From: Candidatus Bathyarchaeota archaeon
Lineage (GTDB): Archaea; Thermoproteota; Bathyarchaeia; Bathyarchaeales; Bathycorpusculaceae
Length of the DNA: 64,000 bases
Assembly: GCA_963739305.1 (NCBI GenBank)
Contig: CAVTZU010000017.1
Coordinates: forward strand, 32,001-96,000
Direction of reading: 5' to 3'
Of this stretch, positions 40,705-52,460 are shown in pieces. The notes beneath the pieces were generated by a model. That model had not been told where the DNA came from and did no database searches. It saw only the letters and a program-made list of their open reading frames with translations. Each line of letters opens with the position of its first letter. Position 1 is the stretch's first letter. The translations under genes were made by a program, and so were the position numbers.

Positions 40705-41121
40705 TTGAGCTTCGAAATAGTAAGGTACAGGTCGGAATTTCAAGGTGCGGTCGTTGATTTGTGGAGAAAGTGTAATCTGATCGTTCCGCAGAATGATCCC
40801 GTTGTTGACATTCGCAAAAAGGTCGATTATCAGCCTGAATTATTCCTTGTTGCATTGTTGGATGGCCGCGTTGTAGGTTCTGTTATGGCTGGTTATGAGG
40901 GGCATCGAGGCTGGTTGAATTACCTGGCTGTTCTTCCCGAATATCAAGGCCAAGGATATGGCAGGAAGCTAGTGGAGAAGGCCGTTGCCGAACTGAAGAA
41001 ACTAGGTTGCTTGAAGGTTAATCTGGAGGTTCGGAAAAGCAATAGTCCTGTAATTGATTTCTACATGCATCTTGGGTTCAAAGACAACGAGATCGTCGGT
41101 CTGGGCAAGAGGCTTGGATGA
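40705..41121 (+). CDS. GNAT acetyltransferase (YpeA-like)
   Basis: MAGYEGHRGWLNYLAV..GQGYGR..GCLKVNL. Confidence 0.9.
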   Translation: MSFEIVRYRSEFQGAVVDLWRKCNLIVPQNDPVVDIRKKVDYQPELFLVALLDGRVVGSVMAGYEGHRGWLNYLAVLPEYQGQGYGRKLVEKAVAELKKLGCLKVNLEVRKSNSPVIDFYMHLGFKDNEIVGLGKRLG

Positions 41122-41183
41122 ACGTTGAGCATTCCGCATTCGCTGGTACTGTTTATATCCGTGTTTTTCGTGGCATTTGAAAG

Positions 41184-42428
41184 ATGAACCCGCTCAGCAG
41201 GCTGAAGAGTCGTTACGCGTTCATTCAAGGCAATTTCCTTATCCTTTTCGTAAGCTGGATTCTCATGTACTTTTCAGGCCCGATTCCTTCAACATACTCC
41301 AGCCTATACTTCAAAGGATTAGGAGCAAACGATTTCATCATAGGCGTAATCGGGTTTGCAGGCTCGATAGCCCTCGCTTTTGTTCAGTTTCCTGGCGGTT
41401 ATCTTGCCGACAAGCATGGGAGAAGGTGGCTTGTTGTAACGATGACGTTTGGGGTAACGTTTGCCATCGTTTTCTTCATTTTTGCTCCTTCGTGGCCGCT
41501 GATCGTCCTGGGAACGGCTATCCAGAATTTCTGTTTGCTCTACCAGCCAGCGTTGTTTGCCATTATGATTGATTCAGTGTCGCCGGAGCACAGGGGCGCG
41601 GGGTTCACGCTTCAATCCGCGGTCACGAACCTTGTTTCCTTGCCTGCAGCAATTATCGCGGGTTATCTGGTTTTGGCTTTTGACGTGGACATGGGCACGA
41701 GAATCGCCTACGTGATAGTTTTGGTGTTCTATTTTGCTGCAGCTGTGTTGAGGACGAAGCTGAAGGAAACGTTGGCGCCGAATGAGAATAGCGTTCGCCC
41801 GGACTTGCTTGCCGCGTTCAGGGAATATCCAAAAGCGGTGAAAGAGGGGCTTCAAGTCTGGAAAAAGGTTCCAAGGGCAACTCTCTACTTGTTTGCAGTG
41901 AATTCAAGCGTAAACAGCATCATTGCCGGATGCAACATATTCTTCGTCCTCTACGCGACAGACGTTCTTCAGGTCACGAAGTTTCAATGGGCCATCGTGT
42001 TGGCGTTCATGTACATGAGTTCGGCGATACCTGCCATTTTTGCAGGACTGAGAATGGACGCGACGGGTCGCAAACGCTACTACTTGTTGAGTTTTCTTCT
42101 CTACGTACCCGCCATGCTAATATTCTTGCGGGCCAACTTCGGCTTGCTGCTGGTCACCTTTTTCCTGTTCGGTCTAGCGCAAGTGCTGCAGCAGACCAGC
42201 TACAACTCCCTCGTTGGCGATCTGACTCCCAGAGAACTGAGGGGAAAAGTCATCGGCTGCGGTCAATTCTTTATGTACATTGGTCAAGCCTTCACTCAGC
42301 TTCTGGTTGCCGCCTTGTACACCTACGTTGCCCCAGAGCTGCCTTTCCTTCTCCTTGCTGTTGCCGCGATACCGCTTTCGACCATTGCGTTCCTGAAGAT
42401 ACATGAACCAACCACTAGGCAGGTTTAG
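41184..42428 (+). CDS. MFS transporter
   Basis: GGYLADKHGRR; about 12 TMs; DLTPRELRGK. Confidence 0.92.
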   Translation: MNPLSRLKSRYAFIQGNFLILFVSWILMYFSGPIPSTYSSLYFKGLGANDFIIGVIGFAGSIALAFVQFPGGYLADKHGRRWLVVTMTFGVTFAIVFFIFAPSWPLIVLGTAIQNFCLLYQPALFAIMIDSVSPEHRGAGFTLQSAVTNLVSLPAAIIAGYLVLAFDVDMGTRIAYVIVLVFYFAAAVLRTKLKETLAPNENSVRPDLLAAFREYPKAVKEGLQVWKKVPRATLYLFAVNSSVNSIIAGCNIFFVLYATDVLQVTKFQWAIVLAFMYMSSAIPAIFAGLRMDATGRKRYYLLSFLLYVPAMLIFLRANFGLLLVTFFLFGLAQVLQQTSYNSLVGDLTPRELRGKVIGCGQFFMYIGQAFTQLLVAALYTYVAPELPFLLLAVAAIPLSTIAFLKIHEPTTRQV

Positions 42429-42498
42429 AACCGAAACTGCAACCCAGTCTCGTAGCGCTTTTAAGCCTTCGGAACCAGAGGTTTGTTCTGTGACTATT

Positions 42499-43044
42499 AT
42501 GAATCTTGACAACCTCACGATAATTGAGCTTGAAAAGAAAGATGCCTATCTGAGGGAGATTGGGTCGGGGTACTCAAGTTCCTACTATTATGATGTGTCG
42601 GTTCTCAGGGAGTCGGCGGGCTGGAGAATAGATCTGACGCGCAAAGCATTTGACGTTATCCTGGACAAGAGTTACCGTGGAAAACTCTTCGAAGATCATG
42701 TTGAACAGCCGAGGGTGTTTGTCGCTTCGCTCGAGAACAGGCAGGTTGGTTGGGTTGAGCTGGGTTATGAGAGTTGGAATAATAGGATGCGTGTCTGGGA
42801 GTTACTTGTGGAGAAAGAGTTTCGCAAGCGTGGAATAGGAACTTTGCTGATGAACCATGCTGTCAAGATTGCAAGAGAGAAAGGCGCCAGAATGCTTGTT
42901 CTTGAGACGCAGACAAACAATGCAGGAGCGATTGACTTCTATCTGCAGTTTGGCTTCAGCCTCATCGGTTTGGACGTCAACGCGTACACGAACGAAGATA
43001 TCGGTAAGAAGGAAGTCAGGCTCGAAATGGGTCTGAAATTGTAG
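42499..43044 (+). CDS. GNAT acetyltransferase (streptothricin acetyltransferase-like)
   Basis: WNNRMRVWELLV..RKRGIG..LVLETQTNNAGAIDFY..GF. Confidence 0.88.
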   Translation: MNLDNLTIIELEKKDAYLREIGSGYSSSYYYDVSVLRESAGWRIDLTRKAFDVILDKSYRGKLFEDHVEQPRVFVASLENRQVGWVELGYESWNNRMRVWELLVEKEFRKRGIGTLLMNHAVKIAREKGARMLVLETQTNNAGAIDFYLQFGFSLIGLDVNAYTNEDIGKKEVRLEMGLKL

Positions 43045-43099
43045 TTGGACAGAATCCTCGATCTTGGGTAAGCGGAGGAAAAGTGTGATATCCCGTTTC

Positions 43100-44287
43100 C
43101 TAGTGAGAGCTCTTGTTGTCTTTGTTGTCTAAGCTGTTTTCGAGCATTTCCACGGCTGCACCGTAACTGAAGTTCCATGCTCCGTCTTTAAACATCTGAT
43201 GTATTTCCACGTTGTCCCAGGTTCCATGCGTCAGTTCTCCGAGGAGTATTTGGGCATTATTTATGCAGCCTTGTTGCGCTAGCACTGTGAGTGATTTCCG
43301 CATGGCAGCAAACTGAAAAGAGGGAATCACTAAGCGAACGAAAATCGCGTTTTTTCCGAGGACTCTTTCGTAGCTGGAGTTGTAGGGCAGATGGCTTAAG
43401 GCACTCGTAAATTTCTCAAGGTTTGCCTCGTTTGAAAAGCTCAGATAGAACATGAAGAGAAGCACAGCGTAGTCTTGGTTAGGGAACAGGTACACTCTGT
43501 AGCCCTTGATCAGTCCTTGAGGATTGATGGTTTTTCTGATTCTCCGCGAAACCATCGGAATAAACTTTCTGCTGTCCTTTTCTCCTAGAATCTTCGCGGT
43601 TTCTGCAACGATTTTTCTCTGCGTCGTCCGGGCGTTGAGTTCCAAGCAGCGTAAGATGATAAGGTCAACTAGGTCGAATTCCGCTTTTTTCTGGTTCCCT
43701 GTTTCTTCTGCTTCGGTTCCGGCAAACGAATCGAATTTGTTCACCCAGTCTTCCCAGTCGAAGCTGAGCGTGGTCTGCTTGTTGGCGTAAAAATCCAGAT
43801 CAAGCAGTGGATAGCTAGGAGTGCCAGTCGCAAAAACTTGATAATCGGAGATCAGTTCTCTCCTTTGAAGTTCGTTGAGAAATGTGGTCAAATCTCTTTC
43901 TTTGTCTGCAGGAATAGCGTATCGCACATAGTTTCCCAGTTTCCATCCGTCCACGACAGCTAGGTATCTCCACAGGGGAAAACAGGTGAGTGCGCGTCCA
44001 GACTTGTCCTCTGTACCAACTGGCGTAGATGCCAATACTGAGTAAGCCCTAAGCCCCAGTTTTGCTTCATCGATTAAGGCTCTGAAACGCACGAGGTCTT
44101 CGCTGTCGAATCTTCGGATCCGGTAGCTTATCGTTTGCTCTGGAGCATCAACGTCTCGGGTCAGTCTGCGAATGTTGTTGACGCCGTGTGTCAGCATGGC
44201 CTCGACGATTTTGAAGTCAAGAGCATCTAACCGACCGAACTTCTTGCTGTACTCCGTCATTGATGGAAGCAGGTACGTGTAACTCAT
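43100..44287 (-). CDS. Large Lrp/AsnC-like regulator with two HTH + ligand-domain repeats
   Basis: LDALDFKIV..EQTISYRIRR..AKLGL and FDLVDLIILRCLELNARTTQRKI..GLIKGY. Confidence 0.78.
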   Translation of the reverse strand: MSYTYLLPSMTEYSKKFGRLDALDFKIVEAMLTHGVNNIRRLTRDVDAPEQTISYRIRRFDSEDLVRFRALIDEAKLGLRAYSVLASTPVGTEDKSGRALTCFPLWRYLAVVDGWKLGNYVRYAIPADKERDLTTFLNELQRRELISDYQVFATGTPSYPLLDLDFYANKQTTLSFDWEDWVNKFDSFAGTEAEETGNQKKAEFDLVDLIILRCLELNARTTQRKIVAETAKILGEKDSRKFIPMVSRRIRKTINPQGLIKGYRVYLFPNQDYAVLLFMFYLSFSNEANLEKFTSALSHLPYNSSYERVLGKNAIFVRLVIPSFQFAAMRKSLTVLAQQGCINNAQILLGELTHGTWDNVEIHQMFKDGAWNFSYGAAVEMLENSLDNKDNKSSH

Positions 44288-44382
44288 GGTGATTCACTTC
44301 GATGGTTAGTTTTCGAGATATGAAGGTGATGTGTTCTTAAAGATTGTGGATTGACGTTAAGTTTTGTATCATGGTCGCAATT

Positions 44383-44403
44383 TTTGCTAAAAATTTATAA
44401 GCA
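44383..44403 (+). promoter_or_regulatory. BRE/TATA of the secreted-peptide gene
   Basis: GCTAAAAATTTATAAGC ~45 nt before the ATG at 44441; SD GGGAGGGG at ~44427-44434. Confidence 0.7.
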
Positions 44404-44440
44404 ATGTTGGTAGCAGTATCATCTAAGGGAGGGGAGAAAC

Positions 44441-44641
44441 ATGAAAAAGTCAATTATCTTACTTGCAGTTTTGCTAGTACCCCTCCTCCTCATGCCTGCT
44501 GTGATGGCTTTGCAGCAACCAGCTAAGACTCTGAACGTGCGTGCAACCGGATCCGGTCATGACCTCAATTGCGTGCAATGCGGATACTTGGTCCAACCTT
44601 GTGGGCCTGGAAGCGGAGGCGGCGGAGGAGGAGTCATCTAG
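44441..44641 (+). CDS. 66-aa secreted peptide (signal peptide + Cys/Gly-rich C-terminus)
   Basis: MKK + hydrophobic core + AVMA cleavage site; mature part ends CVQCGYLVQPCGPGSGGGGGGVI; own TATA and SD. Confidence 0.8.
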   Translation: MKKSIILLAVLLVPLLLMPAVMALQQPAKTLNVRATGSGHDLNCVQCGYLVQPCGPGSGGGGGGVI

Positions 44642-44960
44642 CCTTAAGAGACAGAAAGCAACTTGAACCGGAACACTGGGCGCGGCTGCCGATAGCACTG
44701 GCGGAAGACTTGATCAATAACAGGAGTACAATTGCTTCCGACTGTGTCTTCGAACTGACGGTGATGATTGAGGCGATAATATTCCTCTCTCCTTTCTCCC
44801 CTAGTCCTCTATTGTCCTCATGAACCCGACCTTTTCCATTTTTTGCAAACAGATAGGCAGTTACTCTTTGTTCTTACTGAAAACTCTAGATTTTGTTTTT
44901 GTCGCTTGACTCTCTACTGGAGAATTTGCACGCACAACGTGTGCTGAGCGCATGGTTTGT

Positions 44961-45049
44961 TGGCGCGGGGTGTGGGATTTGAACCCACGCGGGTGAAACC
45001 ACCCACAGACTTAGCAGGCCTGCCCCCTACCAGGCTAGGGCAACCCCGC
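44961..45049 (-). tRNA. tRNA-Ser(GCT)
   Basis: Acceptor GCGGGGT/ACCCCGC-G-CCA, anticodon arm CAGGC-CTGCTAA-GTCTG, long variable arm, GGTTCAAATCC. Confidence 0.96.
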
Positions 45050-45202
45050 CCTGTTTTTGACTGACCCCACCAGCCTTTTTGGGGCTGGCGATGTTGAGTG
45101 CCTGCCTGAATCTTCATCTTCGTTTCCTCAGGAATATTAGGTTATCTTTTTGAAGGACGTACTCATACCCGAGTTCCAGCAAGGCCTGCGCGAAATGCAA
45201 GA

Positions 45203-46495
45203 CTATTCGTATCTTAGTGCGTCTACTGGTTTGAGTTTTGAAGCTCGCCATGCTGGATAGAGTGCAAAGACCACGCTGACTCCGACTCCGAAGGCCAAGG
45301 CTCCCAAGAACACTGGCAAAGTCAAGATAGGAGTTATCGCCAGTCCTCCGGTTCCAGCGTTAGCTTGGTTCCTCATGAAGACGCCTCCACCACGAAACAC
45401 GACGGCTACTACATTTGCCAGAACCCAACCTAGTCCTATGCCTATCGCTCCGCCCATCAAACCAATTATCACTGCTTCGAACAGAAAAATCAGGAGGACG
45501 GTTCGGCCTCTGGTACCCAGTGCTTTCAGAATGCCTATTTCGCGTGTGCGTTCCATCAGAGACACTATCATTATGTTCATTATTCCTACGCCAGCAACTA
45601 TAAGTGAGATGGCTGCGATGCCACCCAAGAACAGTTCGATGACGGAGAAAATGTTTGAAATGATGCTTAGTACGGCGGTCGCAGAAATCACAGATACTTC
45701 TCCGGTGAAGGCGTTTTTTATGGTTGCAGTTGCGTTATCAATGACTGCTTGATCACTACTTTTCAACTTCACTATTATCATGTCACATTCATTAGTGTTG
45801 AACAAAGTTTGAGCTTCTGTAATGGGAATGTAGACGCCTGAATCCGACGGACCTCCGACACCGAAAGACCCGATTTGCTTGAGTATTGCCGTAATGTTAC
45901 GCTGTACCGTTATGATCGTTGGTGGACGTGTCGTGGCATTGACCAGAAGGATGTTAATCGAGCCGTTCACGTCAGCGAGCATCGTTCCGTTCAATCGAGG
46001 ATCGACTATTCGTTTTCCAACGACAACAGTCTCATTCCTGGAGTTTAATGGTATGGTGCCTCGTTCGGCAACGAAGGTGTCTCCGTAGATGTAATTATAT
46101 TGAGAAAAATCGACTCCCTCGACCGTGACCACTCTGTTGGTGCCTCCTACCGTTACGTTGACCGCTCTCTCGATCACGGCAATCGACGTATCCACATTAG
46201 GTAGCGAGTTGATTGTTTGAGTGTCGTTGACAAATAGTGCGAAGCCGGAATCTCCACCTCCGACGAATGATCCTCCGAATCCTCCTCCGCCTCCGCCTGG
46301 TGTCACGATCAAGGTGTCGGTCGCAAAGCCTCTTTCAAGTTGTGCGGTTATAGTGACTTGCAGACCCTGGCTGATTGAAAGAAGTGCTACGATCGCTGCT
46401 ATACCAATTACCACGCCAAGAGTTGTTAAACCAGCGCGCAACTTTCTCAATCTTATGGCGCTGAATGAATAGGAAAGAATGTCTCTGGCTTTCAT
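45203..46495 (-). CDS. ABC transporter permease (MacB/FtsX-like)
   Basis: LTTLGVVIGIAA, GIMNIMIVSLMERTREIGILKALG, YPAWRASKLKPVDALRYE. Confidence 0.94.
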   Translation of the reverse strand: MKARDILSYSFSAIRLRKLRAGLTTLGVVIGIAAIVALLSISQGLQVTITAQLERGFATDTLIVTPGGGGGGFGGSFVGGGDSGFALFVNDTQTINSLPNVDTSIAVIERAVNVTVGGTNRVVTVEGVDFSQYNYIYGDTFVAERGTIPLNSRNETVVVGKRIVDPRLNGTMLADVNGSINILLVNATTRPPTIITVQRNITAILKQIGSFGVGGPSDSGVYIPITEAQTLFNTNECDMIIVKLKSSDQAVIDNATATIKNAFTGEVSVISATAVLSIISNIFSVIELFLGGIAAISLIVAGVGIMNIMIVSLMERTREIGILKALGTRGRTVLLIFLFEAVIIGLMGGAIGIGLGWVLANVVAVVFRGGGVFMRNQANAGTGGLAITPILTLPVFLGALAFGVGVSVVFALYPAWRASKLKPVDALRYE

Positions 46496-46496
46496 G

Positions 46497-47189
46497 TTAG
46501 TTCACCGTTTCTTGAACGATCAAGCCGTCAAGCATCATCACTATCTTCTTTGACTGAGCGGCCAAGCGCTGATCATGAGTAACCATGATTGCTGTCACGT
46601 GCTTCTCTGAATTTAGAACCTTGATCAGCCCCATGATTTCATTCGCGGTTTTGGAGTCTATGTTCCCGGTGGGTTCATCCATCAACAGAAATCGAGGATT
46701 GTTTGCCAAGGCTCTCGCAATGGCAACGCGTTGCTGCTCGCCCCCGCTCAGTTCGGCTGGCTTGTGAGCCATTCGGTCTTTCAAGCCTACGGTTGCAAGA
46801 AGATCTTCTGCTCTTTTTCTTCTTTCAGATCTACCTATGTCTGCTATCGATAATGAGAGTTCAACGTTTTCTCTCGCTGAAAAGCGTGGAATGAGATTGA
46901 AAAACTGGAAAACGAAACCGACTCGACGCCTGAGGTCTGTCAGTTGATTGTCACTAAGTGTTGAGATATCAACGCCTTCTATGATCATTTTTCCCGAAGT
47001 TGGCTTATCCAGAGCTCCGATCAGGTTAAGTAGTGTTGATTTGCCGCTTCCAGATGGGCCTAGGATGGCAAGGAAATCACCGTCCTCAACTTTCAGGTTG
47101 ACGCCTCGAAGTGCGCTGACAGGGACTTTCCCGAGCAGGTATGTCTTCTGAAGATTCACCGCTTGAACAATCGTTGGCAAGTAGATCAC
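46497..47189 (-). CDS. ABC transporter ATP-binding protein (LolD/MacB-like)
   Basis: [23 protein letters not shown]. Confidence 0.95.
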   Translation of the reverse strand: MIYLPTIVQAVNLQKTYLLGKVPVSALRGVNLKVEDGDFLAILGPSGSGKSTLLNLIGALDKPTSGKMIIEGVDISTLSDNQLTDLRRRVGFVFQFFNLIPRFSARENVELSLSIADIGRSERRKRAEDLLATVGLKDRMAHKPAELSGGEQQRVAIARALANNPRFLLMDEPTGNIDSKTANEIMGLIKVLNSEKHVTAIMVTHDQRLAAQSKKIVMMLDGLIVQETVN

Positions 47190-47213
47190 CCGCTTGTTTT
47201 GTTCCCTGCCTGC

Positions 47214-48130
47214 CTATTTGTTCAGAAATCGCCATGAGAGCAGTATGCCTATTGCCGCGACTATCACAGCGAATATTCCCACGTATGCAAAGTCAATACT
47301 TACTTGTCCGAAGTCAATTGTGCTGTTTATCAAGAACTGCCTGACGGCATCAGTAGTGTACGTCATCGGGTTAACCTGCGCCACAGTTTGCAGCCAGGAA
47401 GGCATTATGCTGTATGGTAGGAAAGCATTGCTAGCGAACATTAGCGGCAGCGTTATCAGGTTCATGACAGCCATTGGGGTCTCCATTCTCGTCGATCTTA
47501 TAGTGATCGCGATGAACATTGAAGATAAGCCAACGCACACTAGGAACAGGATTGCGAATACGCCTAGTATGTAGATTGGATTGAAGCTAGCCCCAAACTG
47601 GAGACCGAGTGCGATGGCGATGAGTATTATTACGCCCGCTTGGAACATCGATCGCAGAGTTGCGGAAAGGACTTTGGAGAATACTATTACCCCTCTTGAT
47701 ACGGGCGTGGTGAGAGCTTTGTCTAGAAAGCCCAAGCGCCTGTCCCAAACCACTGACATACCGCTAAACGCCGTGGTGAAGAGAGCTGTGAAGGCAATCA
47801 TACCGACGGCCATGAAGGAAAAATAATCAGACGTGTGAAACGTGCTTTGCATTATGCCCGACTGAAGACTTTGAAAGAACCCGCCTAATTGGGCTGCCTG
47901 CGTTGAAGTTAGCGGTGGCGTCAAGACCAAGTTGCCCATTAATTGGTTAACTTTGTCAGGCGAGAAAATAGCACTGATATTCATAGCCTTTCCGAGCAGA
48001 CCCATCCAAATAATCGGCTGAATTATGGAAAGTGTGAATATCACAGGGGCCTTGTACCATTTCTTAAGCTCTCTGTTTGTGAGGGCCCAGAGGCCATGCA
48101 GTTTGTTTCTAGAATTGCCGTTTGTTTCGG

Positions 48131-48134
<4 letters not shown>
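47214..48134 (-). CDS. ABC-2 permease (DrrB-like)
   Basis: WDRRLGFLDKALTTPVSR; NPMTYTTDAVR. Confidence 0.92.
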
Positions 48135-49124
<990 letters not shown>

Positions 49125-49132
<8 letters not shown>

Positions 49133-49733
49133 CTTGTTTGCCCTCTAACTTTTCGTTTATTCTTTCAAGCTTCTTGATGCTCTCGTTCAAAACTTCACGC
49201 ACATCCTCCAAGACATTCTCCGAGAAATGGGCCTCTAAGTTTTCTCCGAGTTTAAAGGAAACTCTTATCAGCTTCTTCATGGACTCGCGCAGCTCTTCTG
49301 TTTTTTCCGGGGGAAGATGGAACCACGGTGCCATCATGAACGGTGGGCCGAAGAATTTTCTCCCTCGTCTGAACTTCATGTAATTTTTCTTCTGCTCATC
49401 TATCATCTTCTCCTGCTCCTCCATGATCTTCCTCTGCTCTTCCAGGACATCCTTTCCACTGTCTGTAAGTTCATAGCGTTTCATTCCACTCTGGTTTGAC
49501 GGTAACTCTCGGATGTGTCCGTTATCCTGCAGCCAAGATAATAGCGGGTAGACTGAGCCTGGACTGGGTTTCCAGCGACCGTTCGTTCTGGATTCAATCT
49601 CATTTATTATTTCTGATCCGGACATTGCCTGCTTGTTTAAAGATTCTAGAACTTGGTAGCGTATGAACCCCTTCGGAACCATGGCTGTGTGTCTCATCCA
49701 ATGTTTTCTATGCTCAACCATCATTATCACCAT
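49125..49733 (-). CDS. PadR-family regulator
   Basis: PKGFIRYQVL..WKPSPGSVYPLL..YELTDSG; leads the ABC operon. Confidence 0.92.
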
Positions 49734-50065
49734 CGATATCGTAATTGATTATCGCCATTGATATCAACTGTGATATATAAGCATTCCGACTCAAACTGGA
49801 AATTAAGTTCGGCCAACTGATGCTCCGACACGTTCGCCCTCAACCGCTGTTAGCACATTTTTGGGATTCAACCCGACTACCTTTGCCCTTCAAAGAAAGA
49901 AGAAATATGGAAACGTGAATGCGCGCGCTATTTTGTCGCAGTCTGCCTTCCAATAGCGCGCTTTTCTAAATTGGAAAGTGGAGACTAGAAGCAATGTTAG
50001 GAAGAACGTGGTATGTAACAATCAGCTTTGCGCGCTAGTAAGCTGGCAGTGCTGAAAAGGTTTCG

Positions 50066-51074
50066 TCAATGAAGGAATAAGAGCGCAGGCTTTTCAACGT
50101 CTTTCCAGCTTGGAGCCGTAACTATGAATGATTTGCTCAATTCTTCCTTGCCAAACTTGACTATTACGCGTCCCTGTTTTTTGTCCGAATAGTAAGCAGT
50201 CAACGAAGCCGCCTCTTCTATGGCCTCTCTGGTCTTTGGTCCTTGAAGCAGCGTGATTGGGCTTCCCGTATCTTGGGCTTCAAAGCGATAGTCAGCTGGC
50301 ATCTTCAGTTTTGACAGAAGGTTGTTTTCCGCTTCGTTCCTGCCGACTATGATTTTGTTTTTATTAAATCTGAAGTGTCGTCCGAGCTTCAGCAATTGCA
50401 CATCTTCCATAGAAACTCTCTTTTTGTGCTCAAACAAATCTTTGAGTTTGAGGGCAAACTCCCTGTATGTCAGTAGACAACCCCCGCTTGGACAAGAGTA
50501 ATCTGTCACTTTCAGTTCTCTGGCAAGGCTGAGCTGTCTCTTCCTCGATCTGCCCTCAATTCCAAGGAGCTTTTCTCGATCCACCATGCCATCTTATCTC
50601 TGCCTTAGTTGGAGGAAGGAGTTTCGCGGAAAGAGGTCTCACGATCTCTCCTTTCAAACCAGCCTGCTCTTCTATAATGCCCAGGGTTCTCCCGTGCTGA
50701 GACATTGGTCTTTGACCCAAGACTTCGCCCGTGAAAATGAACGCTGCACCTGATTCGCGCGAATACTTCTTGGCTTTTTTCAGCATGAATATCCTACAGT
50801 CGATGCAAGGATTCATGTTCTTTCCGTAGCCAAACCGTGGGTTCCTGACAACCTTCAGATACTCTTCGCCCACGCTGATGGTCTTCAACGGCACGTTAAG
50901 GTTCTTTGCCACTTTCATGGCTCCGCACCCTCCTTTTCCGCATAGACAGAAGGGGCTTACAAAGTTGACTGCTTCAACATCAATACCTTGATCTAACAAA
51001 AGCTTCACGGCGAGCGTGCTGTCTAATCCGCCTGAAAGAAGGCCCAGAGCCTTTGTTTTGAGTTTTGCTCTCAT
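50066..51074 (-). pseudogene. ThiI-like PP-loop tRNA thiolation protein (DUF814-type C-terminus) with one frameshift near 50590 (probably a sequencing error)
   Basis: LLSGGLDS, NPCIDCR, TGEVLGQRPMSQ, RPLSAKLL, then GRSRKRQ..PSGGCLLT..GRHFR..VGRNEAEN. Confidence 0.85.
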
Positions 51075-51405
51075 TCACTTCGTTCCTTGTATGGCTTATG
51101 CTTCCTTTACTTTGATATATTAATGAATCACTCTGTAGGCGAGTAAGTTGAAATGCATGCTCTTAAATAGTGATGGACGTTCATAGCAGCACGTGATACG
51201 TCTGTCGTTAAGACAAGCGCGCGCATCCCAGTCGTGAGCAATGTACGAAATCGTCTTCTGGGCGTTCCTCTTTTCTCGGAGAATCATCTTACAAAGACCT
51301 GCATGTTCTTGGTTCGGATAGCTGACGTCCAGGGCGCGCACACCTTCTCGGTTACGCACATTTATATTATCGAGTTCAGCAAAGCAATGAAACGAGGCAG
51401 TCTCA

Positions 51406-51930
51406 TTGAAAGACATTGAACTCAGGTTAATCGCTGAGCTCATGAAGAATAGTCATCGAAGCGATAGGGAATTAGCCAGTGTTACTGGGGTTTCTCAGCC
51501 CACGGTCAGCAGAATCATTGACAGGTTGAGAAAAACTGGCGTCATAAGAGAATACACAATTATTCCAGATTTCAACAAACTCGGATACCACTTGTGTGCG
51601 CTGACTTTCGCAAATTTCGAGACGCCGAAGGACTTGGAGGCCATGAGAAAGCTCATTGAAACATACGGGAACAGGCTCTCTGAAATTCCAGAGGCTGTGT
51701 TGATTGAAAGAGGATTGGGCGAGGGAGCCAATGGAGTGGTAATTTCTCTTCATGAGAGCTATTCTCATTACATGGATTTCCAGCGTTGGATGAAACAGTT
51801 CTTCCCTCAGAGCAGGTATGAACTTCACAGTTTCATTATAGATCTTGACGACAAGATCCACTATCGATATCTCACTTTCTCGACGCTTGCCAAGCACTTG
51901 TTGACGATGCAAAATCGCAAGGAAGAATGA
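51406..51930 (+). CDS. Lrp/AsnC-family regulator
   Basis: ELMKNSHRSDRELA..VSQPTVSR..EYTIIPDFNKLGY. Confidence 0.9.
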   Translation: MKDIELRLIAELMKNSHRSDRELASVTGVSQPTVSRIIDRLRKTGVIREYTIIPDFNKLGYHLCALTFANFETPKDLEAMRKLIETYGNRLSEIPEAVLIERGLGEGANGVVISLHESYSHYMDFQRWMKQFFPQSRYELHSFIIDLDDKIHYRYLTFSTLAKHLLTMQNRKEE

Positions 51931-51984
51931 AGAACGCGTGCACATCGCAGTACGCATCGAAATCAAGCATGGAAAGAGAATCCC

Positions 51985-52452
51985 ATGAAAGGGCGAACTA
52001 GCCAGTTCTCGGAAAGAGCAACGAACTATTTCAGGGGCGACTACAACTGCGCCCAAAGCGTTCTGCTGGCGATGCAAGAATATTACGGCATCCGCGCAAA
52101 CAGACTGGTCCCCAAGATAGCTACTGCTTTCGGAGGAGGAATCGGAAGACGAGGGTCACTCTGCGGAGCATTGACAGGAGCCATCATGGCCATTGGGCTG
52201 AAACATGGAACCAACAAGACAGTTTTAATAGAGAAAGAAAAAGCATACGCTATTGCTCTGAAATTCTATGATCAATTTGTGGAAGAATTTGGCAGCCCCT
52301 TTTGCAGAGAGCTCATCAAATTTGACTTGACTAGTCCCGAAGAACTCGAAAGACTGCGCAACTCGAACGTGCGCGATAAGAAATGCTCACATTTCGTGAA
52401 AAGAACCGTTGAGATCCTGATTGACCTAGAATCTAAAGAGTTCAAGGCCTAA
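51985..52452 (+). CDS. C_GCAxxG_C_C family putative redox protein
   Basis: YNCAQSV, FGGGIG..LCGALTG, FCREL, KC. Confidence 0.9.
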   Translation: MKGRTSQFSERATNYFRGDYNCAQSVLLAMQEYYGIRANRLVPKIATAFGGGIGRRGSLCGALTGAIMAIGLKHGTNKTVLIEKEKAYAIALKFYDQFVEEFGSPFCRELIKFDLTSPEELERLRNSNVRDKKCSHFVKRTVEILIDLESKEFKA

Positions 52453-52460
52453 CAAAGTAA

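Noticed and set aside
44961-45049. tRNA-Ser and tRNA-Asn as att sites of an integrated element
   Set aside because: I found no duplicated tRNA 3' fragment and no integrase in the window.
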